Source of the DNA: Eledone cirrhosa
Lineage: Eukaryota
NCBI GenBank assembly: GCA_964016885.1
Contig: OZ024743.1
Coordinates: 36,642,001-36,706,000, forward strand
Length of the DNA: 64,000 nucleotides
Direction: 5' to 3'
Shown: piece after piece, positions 25,620 to 37,143 of the stretch
How the letters are laid out: every line of letters begins with the position of its first letter
Position numbering within the stretch: position 1 is the stretch's first letter
Position numbers and translations under genes: made by a program
Notes under the pieces: generated by a model
What the model was told of the DNA's origin: nothing
The model's database searches: none
Seen by the model: the letters and a program-made list of their open reading frames with translations, nothing else

Positions 25620-27420
25620 ATGAAAGCCGTTTGCCGAAAGCATTTATAGCTTTAACTATACGGTTGACTATTTCACCAAAAGGCACTTGAGTTCACTGTG
25701 CTCCACAGATATGTAAAATACTCTACATATTTCAGGTTTTTCCACCAATGAGGGCGGGAGACGTAGGGAAATGATAAACTAGTTGTTTTATACCTCTGAT
25801 TTGCTCAAGGGGTGGGCCTTGGTTAGTAGACAACTTTAATCTGTTTAATACTGACGATGAGAGTGAAAACTTTACTTGCATTAAAGAATCAATTAACAAG
25901 CTCTTTGGCTTCTTTGATAGATGTTGCAACAAGTGCTGCAGCAACAGCAAACAAGAGGTCCCACATCTTGACCATTTGGCCAAGTGTTTTATCTTTAAAT
26001 CGCTGGTGATTGAAAAGGCCGCCACTGATACAGAATAAGAATTGAACATCTGAATCGAAGTCGCCATAATGATGGTACAGTATGACTTTAAAAAAACGCA
26101 AATAGAACTATGGCCATGGTGTAACCTTGTTTTGTGCTTTGCGAATCGTCGAAAGATTGTGAAAGTTCACTATCTGATGTTTTCATTCTTGAATAAAAGG
26201 AAATAATGACATTTAGAATTGTATCAGGTATACCAACTATTATTAACACTGTTCAGAGAGAATTTCTCTTGACGAAGTGAAAGCATAATATCAATGGTAC
26301 CGCGGCCTGATCTAGAACCACATTGTGACTCTGGATGGATGTCATCAATAATCTGCTTAATTATCCTAAGAATTACCCTTGCTAGGATTTTACCTACGGT
26401 AAACGGGAGAGAGATACTGTGTGAGTACACTTTTCTCAACTTGACTTTGAAGAAATACTTGATGGATACATCTTTGTATTTCTCTGTAATATACCCAAAT
26501 ATCTAAATGATTTCAAAGAGCTCAAAAGGCATTTGCGCCAGCTTATTATCGTTTTATTTGACGAATTCGTGCTTTGTGAGATTACATTTTCTTTATAGCA
26601 CCTTGGACTTCATTTAAACAAAGTTCAAGGAACAACTCCAGGATTTCTGGTCTTTGAGGGATGAAACCAAGTACATTATTACTAATGACAAAAGTTAGAG
26701 TTAAGAACAACCTCGATCTATTTCCTCCATCGAGAACAAATACGAGTCTAGTCATTAGATGAGAGAACGAGAGACGAACCGCTTTCCTAAGTGCCAAACA
26801 CCTTTTTGAGACGTGTAGAAAGATTTTGTTGTCTTTGTTTGCTGCTGCCTAGAGTTTAGTAACTTTAGATGATCACCAAGAGTCCTTCATTCTCTTGAGG
26901 TCAGTTTGTTTCGGGCATTCTTTGTAGGCACGCTTTTCGATGGTGGAGTTCTTATCATTGATACAAGGCTTATGTGAATGATGAATCTTTTTGATAAGCT
27001 GTTGAATATCTGCGTTATCATCAAAGCAATCCTAATGCTTCCGCACAGGGAGGCCTGATGCCTCCAAAGGAATGTTACATGTGATATTTCTTAGGGATTT
27101 CGAAGATGATTCGATATAATCAGTTATCTGTACTGAATCAAGAGAGATTTCAAGTTGATCAAATAATTATTTCTTTGTATGGTTGGATTTCAATGAGAAA
27201 ATGTTGATGTGCTTTGGGATCAGAGTTGGTTATACGCTTCATTTGAGCCACGCGAAAGGAAGCTTCACAACAAAAAAAGAGCGTGGTCTGAAGATAACAG
27301 GTACTGTGGAAGGAACAGGTGATATTAAAGTCCTTCACATCAAACTGCTTTGTGATTATGTAATCAACCATGCCATGTTAGACGTGTGGAAAAGCAGTTT
27401 GATTACCCCCATAATAGTAA
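25620..27420 (-). pseudogene. Heavily decayed RTE-like LINE (APE C-terminus to RT)
   Basis: Fragments DYIITKQ..DVKD, LNEVQGAIKKM, ISLP..VGKILARVIL, and HPESQCGSRSGRGTIDIMLSLRQ in order, with many stops and frameshifts. Confidence 0.7.
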
Positions 27421-27442
27421 ATTAATCACACACACACACCAG

Positions 27443-27637
27443 TATCGGTAGAGGGTCGGACGCCATGCTTTGCAGCAAAAAGTTACGTTATGGTCTCTCA
27501 GTTCAAATCCCGCCGAGATAAACTTTGCCTTTCATCCTTACGGGTCGCTAAAATAAAGTACCAGTAATACACTGGGATAATTGCTCGCCTTGTGCCAAAA
27601 GTAGAAACAATTATTATTATTGTTATTATTATTATTG
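27443..27637 (+). mobile_element. Family 1 SINE whose tail extends into (ATT)n at the start of the retrotransposon nest
   Basis: B box gttcaaatcc, tail gtagaaacaattattattattgttattattattatt. Confidence 0.85.
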
Positions 27638-28485
27638 TTCTTTCAGTCTCAGTCATTGATGTTATTTAACTGGAAAGTTTGTTGAAATGAATATCAAACC
27701 GCTACCTGCAGCCTCAGATATTCAGGACGTATCGGAGGGTTCTTGCTGTTCCCAGCAAACATGCCTTTTGAAGTGTTCCAAAAAGCGGGCTGGACTAATC
27801 TTCTTTAACCACCATTGGAAACTCTTTGAGATAGTACCTAGTGCGCCTATGACAATCGGGACCACTTTGACTTCATGGCAGTTCCAAATCCTTTTTACCT
27901 CCCACTTTAAGTCCTGGTATCGGTTAATTTTCTCCCTCTCCTTTTCTTTCACTCTCGTGTCAAATGGGTAGGCTACATCTACAATCAGGTACGATCTATT
28001 TTCCTTGTCCAAAACCACCAGGTCAGGCCTATTGTGTTCCAGTTTCTTGTCCGTCTGTATCCTAAAATCCCATAGCACCTTCACCTGATCGTTTTCTATC
28101 ACCGACTCTGGCTTATGCTCATACCACCTCTCAGAATGTGGTAAATTGTTTACTTTGCATTGGTGCCAGTGAATCACCCTGCCTATCACATAATGTCTCC
28201 AGCCTTTATAGTGAGTCTGGGCTAGGTGTTTACACTCGGATACAATGTGAGCCACAGTCGCCTCTCTCTCCCCACAGATCCTACACAGTGGGCTAGCATC
28301 CTCCTTGTAAATATGGTGTTTCACCCACTTCGTTCTGAGGGCCTGCTCTTGCGCAGCCATTAGCATTCCTTCTGTAGCCTTTTTAAGGTCTCCTCTTTTT
28401 AACCAGTTCCATGTCTGTGGATCTCTAAATTCAGTTTTCTTAAAGAAGGTACTATGAAGGGATTTTTCATGAAGGTTGATCTTCT
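27638..28485 (-). mobile_element. 5'-truncated R4/Dong-like element (family A variant), flanked by (ATT)n on both sides
   Basis: ORF 27722-28366 has a CCHC-like knuckle and RPD..D RLE motif and closely matches the C-terminus of 29067-32459, with a terminal frameshift and the same 3' UTR. Confidence 0.9.
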
Positions 28486-28497
28486 ATTATTATTATT

Positions 28498-28738
28498 ACT
28501 GAGTATGTGTCTGTAAATTAAAGGTGGAAAACTGGGAGAGGGTACTTGCCCTGATGGTCAAGGTCACTGTGGCTTTTTAATGGGCTTTCTTCACGAATGT
28601 CCCTCGAAAGTATTGGGGAATTTTTCATTGTTATTTTTTTGTTACATCCTCTGTTTTTGTTTTTTTACACGTCCCGTATTGTCCTGTACTGTCCTTAATA
28701 TCTACTTTATGTAAACCCTTGTGGTTAATAAAGAAAGC
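28498..28738 (+). mobile_element. 5'-truncated, diverged 3' stub of the Tx1-like array family
   Basis: Matches 42893-43170 (taaaggtggaaaactgggagaggg..cccttgtggttaataaagaaa); followed by (ATT)n. Confidence 0.85.
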
Positions 28739-28752
28739 ATTATTATTATTAT

Positions 28753-28941
28753 AGGGTCACTGTGGTCTTTTAATGGGCTTTCTCCACAAATGTCCCTCGG
28801 AAGTCTCCCCCCTATTGGGGAATTTTTCTTTGTTATTTTATTACATCCTCTGTTTTTTACACGCAGAAATGCCCATTTGTACCGTCCTGTACTGTCCTTA
28901 ATGTCTACTTTATGTAAACCCTTGTGGTTAATAAAGAAAAA
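28753..28941 (+). mobile_element. Second 5'-truncated 3' stub of the Tx1-like array family
   Basis: Matches the 3' UTR from agggtca onward; followed by (ATT)n at 28942-28992. Confidence 0.85.
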
Positions 28942-28983
<42 letters not shown>

Positions 28984-28992
28984 GTTGTTATT

Positions 28993-31900
28993 CCTTGAAT
29001 CTCAGTCATTGATGTTGGTTAACTGGAAAGTCCGTTGGATTGAATATCAAGCCACTACCTGCAGCCTCAGATATTCAGGACGTATCGGAGGGTTCTTGCT
29101 GTTCCAAGAAAGCATGCCTTTTGAAGCGTTCCAAAAAGCGTGAAGGGGCCGATTTTCTTTAACCATCCCTGGAAACTTTTGGAGATAGTCCCCAGTGCGC
29201 CTATGACAATCGGGATCACTTTGACTTCATGGCAGTTCCAAATCCTTTTCACCTCCCACTTTAGGTCCTGGTATCGGTTAATTTTCTCCCTCTCCTTCTC
29301 TTGCACTCTCGTGTCGAACGGGCAGGCCACATCCACAATCAGACACGATCTTTTTTCTTTGTCCACAACCACCAGGTCAGGTCTATTGTGTTCCAGTTTT
29401 TTGTCCGTCTGTATCCTAAAATCCCACAGCACCTTCACCTGATTGTTCTCCATCACCGCCTCTGGCCTATGCTCATACCATTTCTCAGAATGTGGTAAAT
29501 TGTTTACTTTGCACAGGTGCCAGTGGATCACCCTGCCCATCACATCGTGTCTCCAGCCCTTATAGTGGGTCTGGGCTAGGTGTTTACACTCGGACACAAT
29601 GTGAGCCACAGTCTCCTCTCTCTCTCCACAGATCCTGCACAGTGGGCTAGCCTCCTCCTTGTAGATATGGTGCTTCAACCACTTCGTTTTGAGGGCCTGC
29701 TCCTGCGCAGCTATTAGCATTCCTTCTGTAGCCTTTTTGAGGTCTCCTCTTCTCAACCAGTTCCATGTCTGTGGATCTCTAAATTCAGTTTTCTCAAAGA
29801 AGGTACTATGAAGGGATTTTCCCTTAAGGCTGCTCTTCCTCCTTGATGTTATTTCCTCCTTGGACATCCCCTGGCCTACTGTCCCCTCCTTCAGTACAGT
29901 GCTGAGCATTGGCTCCTTACTATAGGTCACGTATTTGTATAGGTTGTTTTTCTCCATCTGAACACAGTCCTCTATGCTGATAAGACCTCTTCCACCCTCA
30001 GATCTCCTTAGGTAGAGTCTATCGACATCACTCCTCTTGTGGAACATGTTGTAGATAGTCAATAGCTTCCTAGTCTTCCTATCCATTTCTTTTTGTTCAG
30101 CAACATTCCATCTCAGAATTCCCGCACTGTACCTAATAATAGACACAGCTCGGGAATTTACTGCGCTTATGGCATTTCTGCTGTTCAGATGTAACTTCAA
30201 TACGCTCCTTACTCTCCGAATGTATTCAGTTCTTAACAATTTCTTCATTTTTTTGTTCTTTATGTCATCAGCCTCCAGAACGCCCAAATACTTGTATCCT
30301 TCCTCAGAGTCAATTTCCTTTATCATCTCACCTGTTGGTATCTGGATCCCGTTACTTCTGCTCAACCTACCCCTCTTCATCACAATGACTCCACATTTAC
30401 CAATACCAAACTGCATACATATATCACTGCTGAAAATACGGACAGTGTCAACAAGCACATCCAACTCCTTCTCACTTTTCCCGAAGAGCTTAAGATCGTC
30501 CATGAAGAGGAGGTGATTGATGGTAAGCTCTCCCCTTCCCAACTTGTATCCTGCTCTCACTTTTCGCAGCATAATGGTCAAGGGCATCAGGGCAAGGACA
30601 AACAACAGAGGGGACAGGCTATCTCCCTGGAAGATACCTCTCTTGATCTTCACGCTTCCCAAGGATACTCCAGTTGATGTCAACTCTGTCTCCCAGGACC
30701 CCATACTCCTGCCTAGCAACTGTCTGATGTTATCTGCCACCCTGAAGATCTCCAGGCTTTTGGTGATCCAGGAATGAGGCACCATGTCAAATGCCTTTCT
30801 GTAGTCTATCCATCCCATGGCAAGATCAGTGTGTCTCCTCCTGCAATTCCCCATTACCATCTTATCAATAAGTAACTGGTCCTTTGTACCACGTGACTTC
30901 TTTCGGCATCCTTTCTGTTCGTCCGGTAACAAGTTGTTTGTGTGGAGGTGATGGTAGATTTCCTCAGACACAATGCTCGTCAACAGTTTCCACATTACGG
31001 ACAGACATGTGATAGGTCTATAGTTGGTAACATCATTACCCTTGATTCGGTCTTTCATTATCAGAACTGTGGTACCTTTTGTCAACCACTCTGGCACCTC
31101 ACCCGACACCAAGCAGTCATTGAACATGGCCGTCAGCTTCGGGTGGAGGGATGTTAAATGTTTAATCCAATACCCCTGCACACCATCTGGGCCTGGTGAT
31201 TTCCAGTTGGTTAGTTTTTTGGCCTGCCCCTTAAGAGTTTCAACTGTGATACTCAAATCAGTTTGTTGTTGTGCCTGCTCACCGATCTCCCTCTGTACTG
31301 TCTCAATCCACCCTGCCTGGGCATTGTGTCTAACATCCTGCTCCCATATTCCTCTCCAAAATGTTTTAGTTTGCTCCGCCCCAGGGATCAAGTCGTTGCC
31401 TCTTTCTTTCCCCTCAAGCTGTCCAAACAGCATCTTCTGGTTGTTGTCGAACATGCGGTTCTGTTTATACTGACTGACTCTGTTCTCGTATCGCCTGATT
31501 TTTGCACTCTTTGCTACAATGCGTTGCTTCAGTTCCTCTATGATAATATTTAGCTTTTTCCTCCTAGTTTTGTATTTTATTTCCAGTCTATTTTTAGTGC
31601 CTATGTTTTTTAGTGTCCCATTCAGTAGTGACTCAAGCTTTCCTATGTCATTTCTCATTTCCCCGATTTGCCCACTCAGTCGCTTCTTCCACCACGGCTC
31701 TGCTCTTTCTTGTCTGTTGTATCCTCTCGCTTTTATACCAAGTAGTTTCCTCACCGTATTTGCTGTTGCTTTGAGGATATTGTTGCACTGGTGAAGGCTC
31801 CTCGCCTCAAGGTATGGGATGACTTTGTTTACCTTAGCTGTTGTTTCTTTTAACTTTTTCCTGTCTACAAATCTTAGGTTCATAGGTCTCCCACTATCAT

Positions 31901-32747
31901 TGTTCAATTCATCTACCACTAAATTTAGGATGTCAACCGAATCTTGTCCTAGCCCGTCAGCATTTATCTCCTCAGTGGCCGTATCTCTGTTCCAGGTATT
32001 ATTTATCTCAGTATTCAGATCATTGTCTGCTTCGGGTGGTTCCTCCGTTCTCAGGACCTCTTCACCTTCATTTCCCACTGGCTCGCTTGTCTGGCATACT
32101 ACACCCGCCATCTCCAAGCCATTCTCTCTGCTCAGTTCCTCCAGTTCCAGCTCGCTTATCCATCCATTAGTTCTTATTACCCGAGCCTGCCCGGCCAATT
32201 TTTGTTCATCTAATTTAAATAAACCAATCTCGTTCCAGATGTTATGCATCCGTCTCCTGTAGCCCCTCTCCTTGGGGTTACTTTTCAGGTAACATTGCAT
32301 AACAGTTCTATTCAATTCTTTCGTCCAGTTGGTTCTGGCCCCTTTCCTTCTTCTCCTTCCTCCAACATCAGCAGTATTTGGTTGACAGTCAGGTTCCTGC
32401 TGCTGAGCCAGGGGGCACCTGTTGGGTGAGAGTCTGTCACATGACGTTCTAGTCTCCATTTCACCGTTATTCGAACTGTTTGTGTTCGATATTTAAACAC
32501 TCTTATCGAGGATTGGCGAATGTATGGTTACATATCCATCTGTGGATCCGCCATTCCACTTGGCCCTTGTGTGGCATTATCACCACGCTGTATACGAACA
32601 CACATAAACAAACAAACACACGGGCAGAAAGGGCCCCAAAAATGAATAAGCATAAGTTTCATTGTAATGTAGTGTTCGAATGTCTGACTTAGTTTTTGTT
32701 TTTTTAGTTTTAGTTTTCCCCCCCTCTTCTCTGTCCGTCCGCCTGCT
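28993..32747 (-). mobile_element. Full-length R4/Dong-like RLE non-LTR retrotransposon (family A) in a (TAA)n target
   Basis: Single intact ORF, ~290-nt 5' UTR, ~75-nt 3' UTR, with (TAA)n in element sense at both ends. Confidence 0.9.
29067..32459 (-). CDS. R4/Dong-like polyprotein: RT, CCHC knuckle, restriction-like endonuclease (1130 aa)
   Basis: KSPGPDG, NYRPITCL, WIDYRKAFD, GIFQGDSLSP, LFMDDLKL, CRICGEREETVAHIVSEC, RHD, RPDLVVVD..VDVACP..KINRY; no APE domain. Confidence 0.93.
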   Translation of the reverse strand: METRTSCDRLSPNRCPLAQQQEPDCQPNTADVGGRRRRKGARTNWTKELNRTVMQCYLKSNPKERGYRRRMHNIWNEIGLFKLDEQKLAGQARVIRTNGWISELELEELSRENGLEMAGVVCQTSEPVGNEGEEVLRTEEPPEADNDLNTEINNTWNRDTATEEINADGLGQDSVDILNLVVDELNNDSGRPMNLRFVDRKKLKETTAKVNKVIPYLEARSLHQCNNILKATANTVRKLLGIKARGYNRQERAEPWWKKRLSGQIGEMRNDIGKLESLLNGTLKNIGTKNRLEIKYKTRRKKLNIIIEELKQRIVAKSAKIRRYENRVSQYKQNRMFDNNQKMLFGQLEGKERGNDLIPGAEQTKTFWRGIWEQDVRHNAQAGWIETVQREIGEQAQQQTDLSITVETLKGQAKKLTNWKSPGPDGVQGYWIKHLTSLHPKLTAMFNDCLVSGEVPEWLTKGTTVLIMKDRIKGNDVTNYRPITCLSVMWKLLTSIVSEEIYHHLHTNNLLPDEQKGCRKKSRGTKDQLLIDKMVMGNCRRRHTDLAMGWIDYRKAFDMVPHSWITKSLEIFRVADNIRQLLGRSMGSWETELTSTGVSLGSVKIKRGIFQGDSLSPLLFVLALMPLTIMLRKVRAGYKLGRGELTINHLLFMDDLKLFGKSEKELDVLVDTVRIFSSDICMQFGIGKCGVIVMKRGRLSRSNGIQIPTGEMIKEIDSEEGYKYLGVLEADDIKNKKMKKLLRTEYIRRVRSVLKLHLNSRNAISAVNSRAVSIIRYSAGILRWNVAEQKEMDRKTRKLLTIYNMFHKRSDVDRLYLRRSEGGRGLISIEDCVQMEKNNLYKYVTYSKEPMLSTVLKEGTVGQGMSKEEITSRRKSSLKGKSLHSTFFEKTEFRDPQTWNWLRRGDLKKATEGMLIAAQEQALKTKWLKHHIYKEEASPLCRICGEREETVAHIVSECKHLAQTHYKGWRHDVMGRVIHWHLCKVNNLPHSEKWYEHRPEAVMENNQVKVLWDFRIQTDKKLEHNRPDLVVVDKEKRSCLIVDVACPFDTRVQEKEREKINRYQDLKWEVKRIWNCHEVKVIPIVIGALGTISKSFQGWLKKIGPFTLFGTLQKACFLGTARTLRYVLNI

Positions 32748-32775
32748 TATCATTATTATTATTATTATTATTATT

Positions 32776-35700
32776 TGCATTTATCTTGCTTTATGTTTAT
32801 ACGAGTTATCACCAAGTCACAACCAGTGACCTCAAGAGACAACAAGGTCCGCCATGTTCAAGAAAGAACACACATATTCACACATGCATCCTTAGTGTTT
32901 AGACTTGTGATGTACTTATATTGACAGGATCTTCCTTAGTATATGGGCAGTTCCCATTAGTACTATCTTTTGTATTTCTCCTATAGGCGGGTTTCCTGGG
33001 ATTTGCGATAAGTAGTCGTTAGACCCCTTAGGTATCATTCCCAGAGCGCCTACAACCACTGGTATTGTTTTAGTTCTCAATTTCCACATTTTTCCAATTT
33101 CTATCTCCAGGTCCTTATACTTGCTCAATTTTTCAAATGTTTTTATAGATACATTCTTGTCTATTGGAACAGACATATCAATTAGCAGGCATACCCTCCT
33201 TTGAAAGTCCTTCAATATTATATCAGGTCTATTTGCATCTATTTTTCGGTCTGTTTGGATGCTAAAGTTCCACAAGATTGAGATGTGATCTTTTTCAAGT
33301 ATGGGAGGTGGTTGATGCTCCCACCAATTCTTTTGATGGGACAGGTCAAAATGCTTGCACATTATCCAATGTATGTATTGTGCAGCTCTGTCATGCCTGT
33401 TTAGGTATTCGGTTGGAGCTATAGGACTGCACATTGAAATTATATGGTCAATGGTCTCTGGTTGTTTTTTGCATACACGGCATAATGGGCTGCACCCATT
33501 TTTTATTATGTTGGCTTGGTAATTTTTTGTTGGCAGACACTGATCTTGTGCGGATATAATCAGTCCTTCAGTCTCCGATTTCAGTCCAGAGGATGCCAAC
33601 CACTGATGGGTTAAAGTTTTGTCAACATCAGGATTGTTAGCTCGCTCTGGGTATTTTCCATACAGAGGCTTTTCTTGCCATTTCTTAGCCAGTTTCTGTA
33701 GCAGTTCTTTCTTTGCAGTTACTTTTACCTGCTTTGCTTTTTCTGTGTTTTCCATTTCAGCAGTAAATGGGACTTCTGAAATTTGTAGTCCATTACTGTA
33801 TCTTTGTGCATCTTTTGTAATGGAATATGATCTTTTGGTGCTTTCGTGTTTCAAAACGAGTTTGATCATCCAATCATGTGATTCCCTTAGATATGTGGAT
33901 AATCCAATTGTTGCAGTTTTCAACGCAATGTCTAACTGGATTAACCCACGTCCTCCTTCTTTCCTAGGGAGATATATTCTATCTATGTCTGCCTTAGGGT
34001 GATGCATTCTGTGCATGGTTAAGAATTTTCGGATTTTTGTATCGAGCCTACGGATCTCTGTGCTTGACCAGTTGATGACATTGTAACTGTAGGTTACTAC
34101 TGGTATGGCAAGCGTGTTTATGGCATCGATCCTATTCCTTGCATTCAATTCCGTTCTTAAGATTGCTCTGACTCTGCGGTAACATTCCTTCCTTATGCTT
34201 TCCCTCATTGTCGAGTGCTTGATTCCGTCTCCTTCACAAACACCTAGATATTTGTAAGTTTGTTCTTGATCAAGCTCTCTTATCACGTTCCCCCGATCAA
34301 GATTAATGTCTGAACTCTTCAGCAGCTTTCCTCTGGTGAACGTTGCTTTGGCGCATTTATCCAGTCCAAACTCCATTTTAATGTCATCACTGAACTGCTT
34401 CACAGTGGATAATAGCCCTTGCAATTGTTCATCATTTTTTGCAAATAGTTTCAGGTCATCCATGTAGAACAGGTGATTAATGGTTTTGTCATAGACTCTA
34501 TATCCATGTTTTGTTTCATTGAGCATTTTACTTAATGGTATAAGTGCGATGCAGAATAAAAGCGGTGATAAAGAGTCACCCTGAAAAATTCCACAATTAA
34601 TGTTAACTTCTCCAGCTTCCAGTGATTTTGTTTCACTATTCAAAAGGAGTGTCGTTCTCCATGTCCTCATACTGAATGACAAAAACCTCCTGATAACGGG
34701 GGATATTTTGAAAATCTCTAAACATTTTTCAATCCAACTGTGTGGCAAACTATCAAATGCTTTTTTATAATCTATCCAAGCAATCGATAGATTTTTGTGT
34801 CTATTATGACAATCTTCCAGTATCATTTTGTTAACCAGAAGCTGATCCTTACAGCCATATGAGCCTCGTTTACACCCTTTCTGCTCAATGGGAAATAGGT
34901 CATTTGTTATCAGGTGGTCATATGTGTATTCAGTTAGGACTGATGTTAAAATTTTATACATTGTGGTCAAGCAGGTTATCGGTCTGTAATTTTTGGGATT
35001 GTTTGTCTCATCATTCTTCGGTAGCAGGAATGTAATGCCGTTAACTAGCCATGATGGTATCTTTTCTGGCTCCTTAACTATTTCATTGTAAAGTTGGGCT
35101 AACAGCTCATGAGACTCTGTGAAGGCATTTATCCAAAAGTTTTGTATTTTGTCTTTTCCTGGGGATTTCCATTTGCTGGTTTTTCTTAGAGCCAAGCGCA
35201 GCTGTTCAACTGTTATATTTTCCCATGTTTGTTCTTCAAGGTGAGCTGTTTCTTTCATTTGTCTGTCTATCCATGGGGCATGTATGTTATGAACTTTTTC
35301 TTCGGCCCAGATCTTTTCCCAGAATTCTTGCACTTCCTCCTTGGGTGGTATTGATTTAGCAGTTATTGTTGACTTACCAATTTTTCTGTAGAAGTTTCTT
35401 TGGTTGTTTTTGAACATATTATTGTCCTTATAGAATCTAGATCGTTTTTCAAAGCGCCTTATACGAGCAGCTTTGGCCGACACTTTTTGCTTGATTGTTT
35501 CTATCAGCATGTCTATGTCACATGTTGATCTTATACTGTACTTTTTTTTCAATTTTCTAAGTTTAGTTTGTTTAACATGTTCACCTACTTTATAGTTTGT
35601 TAAAATTTCTATGTCAGATCGGAGAAGGTTTATTTGGCGATTGATGTTATCTTGCCAAGTAGATTTCTTGTGGGAATTCCTTTGTTTTTTCATCTTCACT

Positions 35701-36750
35701 CCACATAAGTGAGTGGTGACTTTAGCCGATGCATAATAGAGATGATTTAAGTCAGTAATGCTTAGTTTGTTTGTGATGATAATGTTTTTGAGAATTATGT
35801 TTGTCTTGTGTATTATCTTTTGGTTCTGTTTGGAGTTCTGGATCTTAGGGAGGGTGTCTCGTTCCCCCATGTCAGATTCTTTCATTTTCATCCATTCGAT
35901 CATAATTTCATCCTTCAAGTTGGCAAGTTCATTCTCATTCATTTCTTTATCATTTACGATCTCATTATTTTCATTTGGAGTTTCATCCTGAGCATGCACT
36001 CCCTCCACTTTTTCGCTCCTTTCTTTAATTTGTTCTGTTGCCAGTGATTCCGCCCCAACTCTGGGATTCGAAGTGTTACAGTTTACCTCGTTTTCACTGA
36101 CACATGCTTCATTTTCCCTTCGCTGACTTTGTGCTACTAGCTTGATCTGATCAATTTCTATATCAGTTAGTAACTTTTTTCTTACAATATTTCTTCGTAT
36201 ATTGGCTAGTTTGTTACTGTCAATATAGCCTCTGTTTTCGGGATGTTTCTTTTTCCAGTTGATATATGTTTGCTCTGTATTCGATGTATTTGATGGGTAG
36301 TACATGGCAGTGTAGAAAGCCTCAAGGACTTCTTTATTATCTTCCCTTGACCATTTTTCTCTCTTTTTCTTTGGATTTCTTGGTGGTGAGCATGGAGGGC
36401 CAACAGTAGGAGTATTCCGGTTATGGGAGGTCTCCAGCTCCGAAGTGATGGGAAGGTTTGAACCATTAGCTGATTTTTCGACCCCAGTCTGGTTCCTCTC
36501 TGAGGGACGCGGCCCTTTTTTACCCGGGTGACGGCCAATCCGGTATGAGATTTTATCATTAGACATCTACTTTATTTTGTCGCGTTTTATCCTTATCCGC
36601 CAAGGGGTAATCTTTTCGTGTTACCACTTCTAGAACGAGTGTCAACCAAGACTAGAGGGGTCGTTCTCCCCTAGAGACATGGCTATTCCCCGCCGGCCGC
36701 CATCCCGGTATCTCTTGGTCACGGGGTTTTCTTTTTGTTGTTTTTTTTAA
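32776..36750 (-). mobile_element. Full-length R4/Dong-like RLE non-LTR retrotransposon (family B), tandem with family A
   Basis: Single intact ORF; separated from element A only by (ATT)n at 32748-32775; short TAA-like repeat at the 5' flank (36751-36762). Confidence 0.9.
32916..36566 (-). CDS. R4/Dong-like polyprotein: RT, CCHC knuckle, restriction-like endonuclease (1216 aa)
   Basis: KSPGKD, NYRPITCL, WIDYKKAFD, GIFQGDSLSP, FYMDDLKL, CRVCKKQPETIDHIISMC, RHD, RPDIILKD..IDMSVP..KLSKY. Confidence 0.93.
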   Translation of the reverse strand: MSNDKISYRIGRHPGKKGPRPSERNQTGVEKSANGSNLPITSELETSHNRNTPTVGPPCSPPRNPKKKREKWSREDNKEVLEAFYTAMYYPSNTSNTEQTYINWKKKHPENRGYIDSNKLANIRRNIVRKKLLTDIEIDQIKLVAQSQRRENEACVSENEVNCNTSNPRVGAESLATEQIKERSEKVEGVHAQDETPNENNEIVNDKEMNENELANLKDEIMIEWMKMKESDMGERDTLPKIQNSKQNQKIIHKTNIILKNIIITNKLSITDLNHLYYASAKVTTHLCGVKMKKQRNSHKKSTWQDNINRQINLLRSDIEILTNYKVGEHVKQTKLRKLKKKYSIRSTCDIDMLIETIKQKVSAKAARIRRFEKRSRFYKDNNMFKNNQRNFYRKIGKSTITAKSIPPKEEVQEFWEKIWAEEKVHNIHAPWIDRQMKETAHLEEQTWENITVEQLRLALRKTSKWKSPGKDKIQNFWINAFTESHELLAQLYNEIVKEPEKIPSWLVNGITFLLPKNDETNNPKNYRPITCLTTMYKILTSVLTEYTYDHLITNDLFPIEQKGCKRGSYGCKDQLLVNKMILEDCHNRHKNLSIAWIDYKKAFDSLPHSWIEKCLEIFKISPVIRRFLSFSMRTWRTTLLLNSETKSLEAGEVNINCGIFQGDSLSPLLFCIALIPLSKMLNETKHGYRVYDKTINHLFYMDDLKLFAKNDEQLQGLLSTVKQFSDDIKMEFGLDKCAKATFTRGKLLKSSDINLDRGNVIRELDQEQTYKYLGVCEGDGIKHSTMRESIRKECYRRVRAILRTELNARNRIDAINTLAIPVVTYSYNVINWSSTEIRRLDTKIRKFLTMHRMHHPKADIDRIYLPRKEGGRGLIQLDIALKTATIGLSTYLRESHDWMIKLVLKHESTKRSYSITKDAQRYSNGLQISEVPFTAEMENTEKAKQVKVTAKKELLQKLAKKWQEKPLYGKYPERANNPDVDKTLTHQWLASSGLKSETEGLIISAQDQCLPTKNYQANIIKNGCSPLCRVCKKQPETIDHIISMCSPIAPTEYLNRHDRAAQYIHWIMCKHFDLSHQKNWWEHQPPPILEKDHISILWNFSIQTDRKIDANRPDIILKDFQRRVCLLIDMSVPIDKNVSIKTFEKLSKYKDLEIEIGKMWKLRTKTIPVVVGALGMIPKGSNDYLSQIPGNPPIGEIQKIVLMGTAHILRKILSI

Positions 36751-37095
36751 ATTGTTATTATCATGAGTGGTTCCTTAATGTGAGCATTGCGTGGCTTAAG
36801 AATGAAATTATTAATAATTGTCTCCACTCCAGGCCAGCAATCACCCAGTGCATTACAATAATATAATATACTTTTTGTTGTAGTTGGCTGTTATTGCTGC
36901 TGGCTATGTCGGTGGTGGTGCCGGGGCTTTTTATATTGTTGGTGAGGAAGGGGTGAGCCAGCAGTCCCATAATTGTTGATGTAGACATTTGTCCGTGGCA
37001 AGGTTACCAAGTCAATCTATTTATATCTTTTGCTAGCCTCTCTCTTGTCTAGTGCTACCACCACCTTCCCTTTTCTCTCACAAGTTAACAGGGGA

Positions 37096-37143
<48 letters not shown>
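37096..37143. repeat. (ATT)16 tract preceding the Tx1-like array
   Basis: Direct count. Confidence 0.95.

Noticed and set aside
32460-36750. HDV-like ribozymes in the R4/Dong-like 5' UTRs
   Set aside because: Could not assign a nested double pseudoknot by eye; left as a test to run, not a feature.
36763-37095. ~330-bp spacer between the R4-like pair and the Tx1-like array as a distinct element
   Set aside because: Only a short SINE-tail-like remnant (~36815-36856) is recognisable; there is nothing else to support a call.
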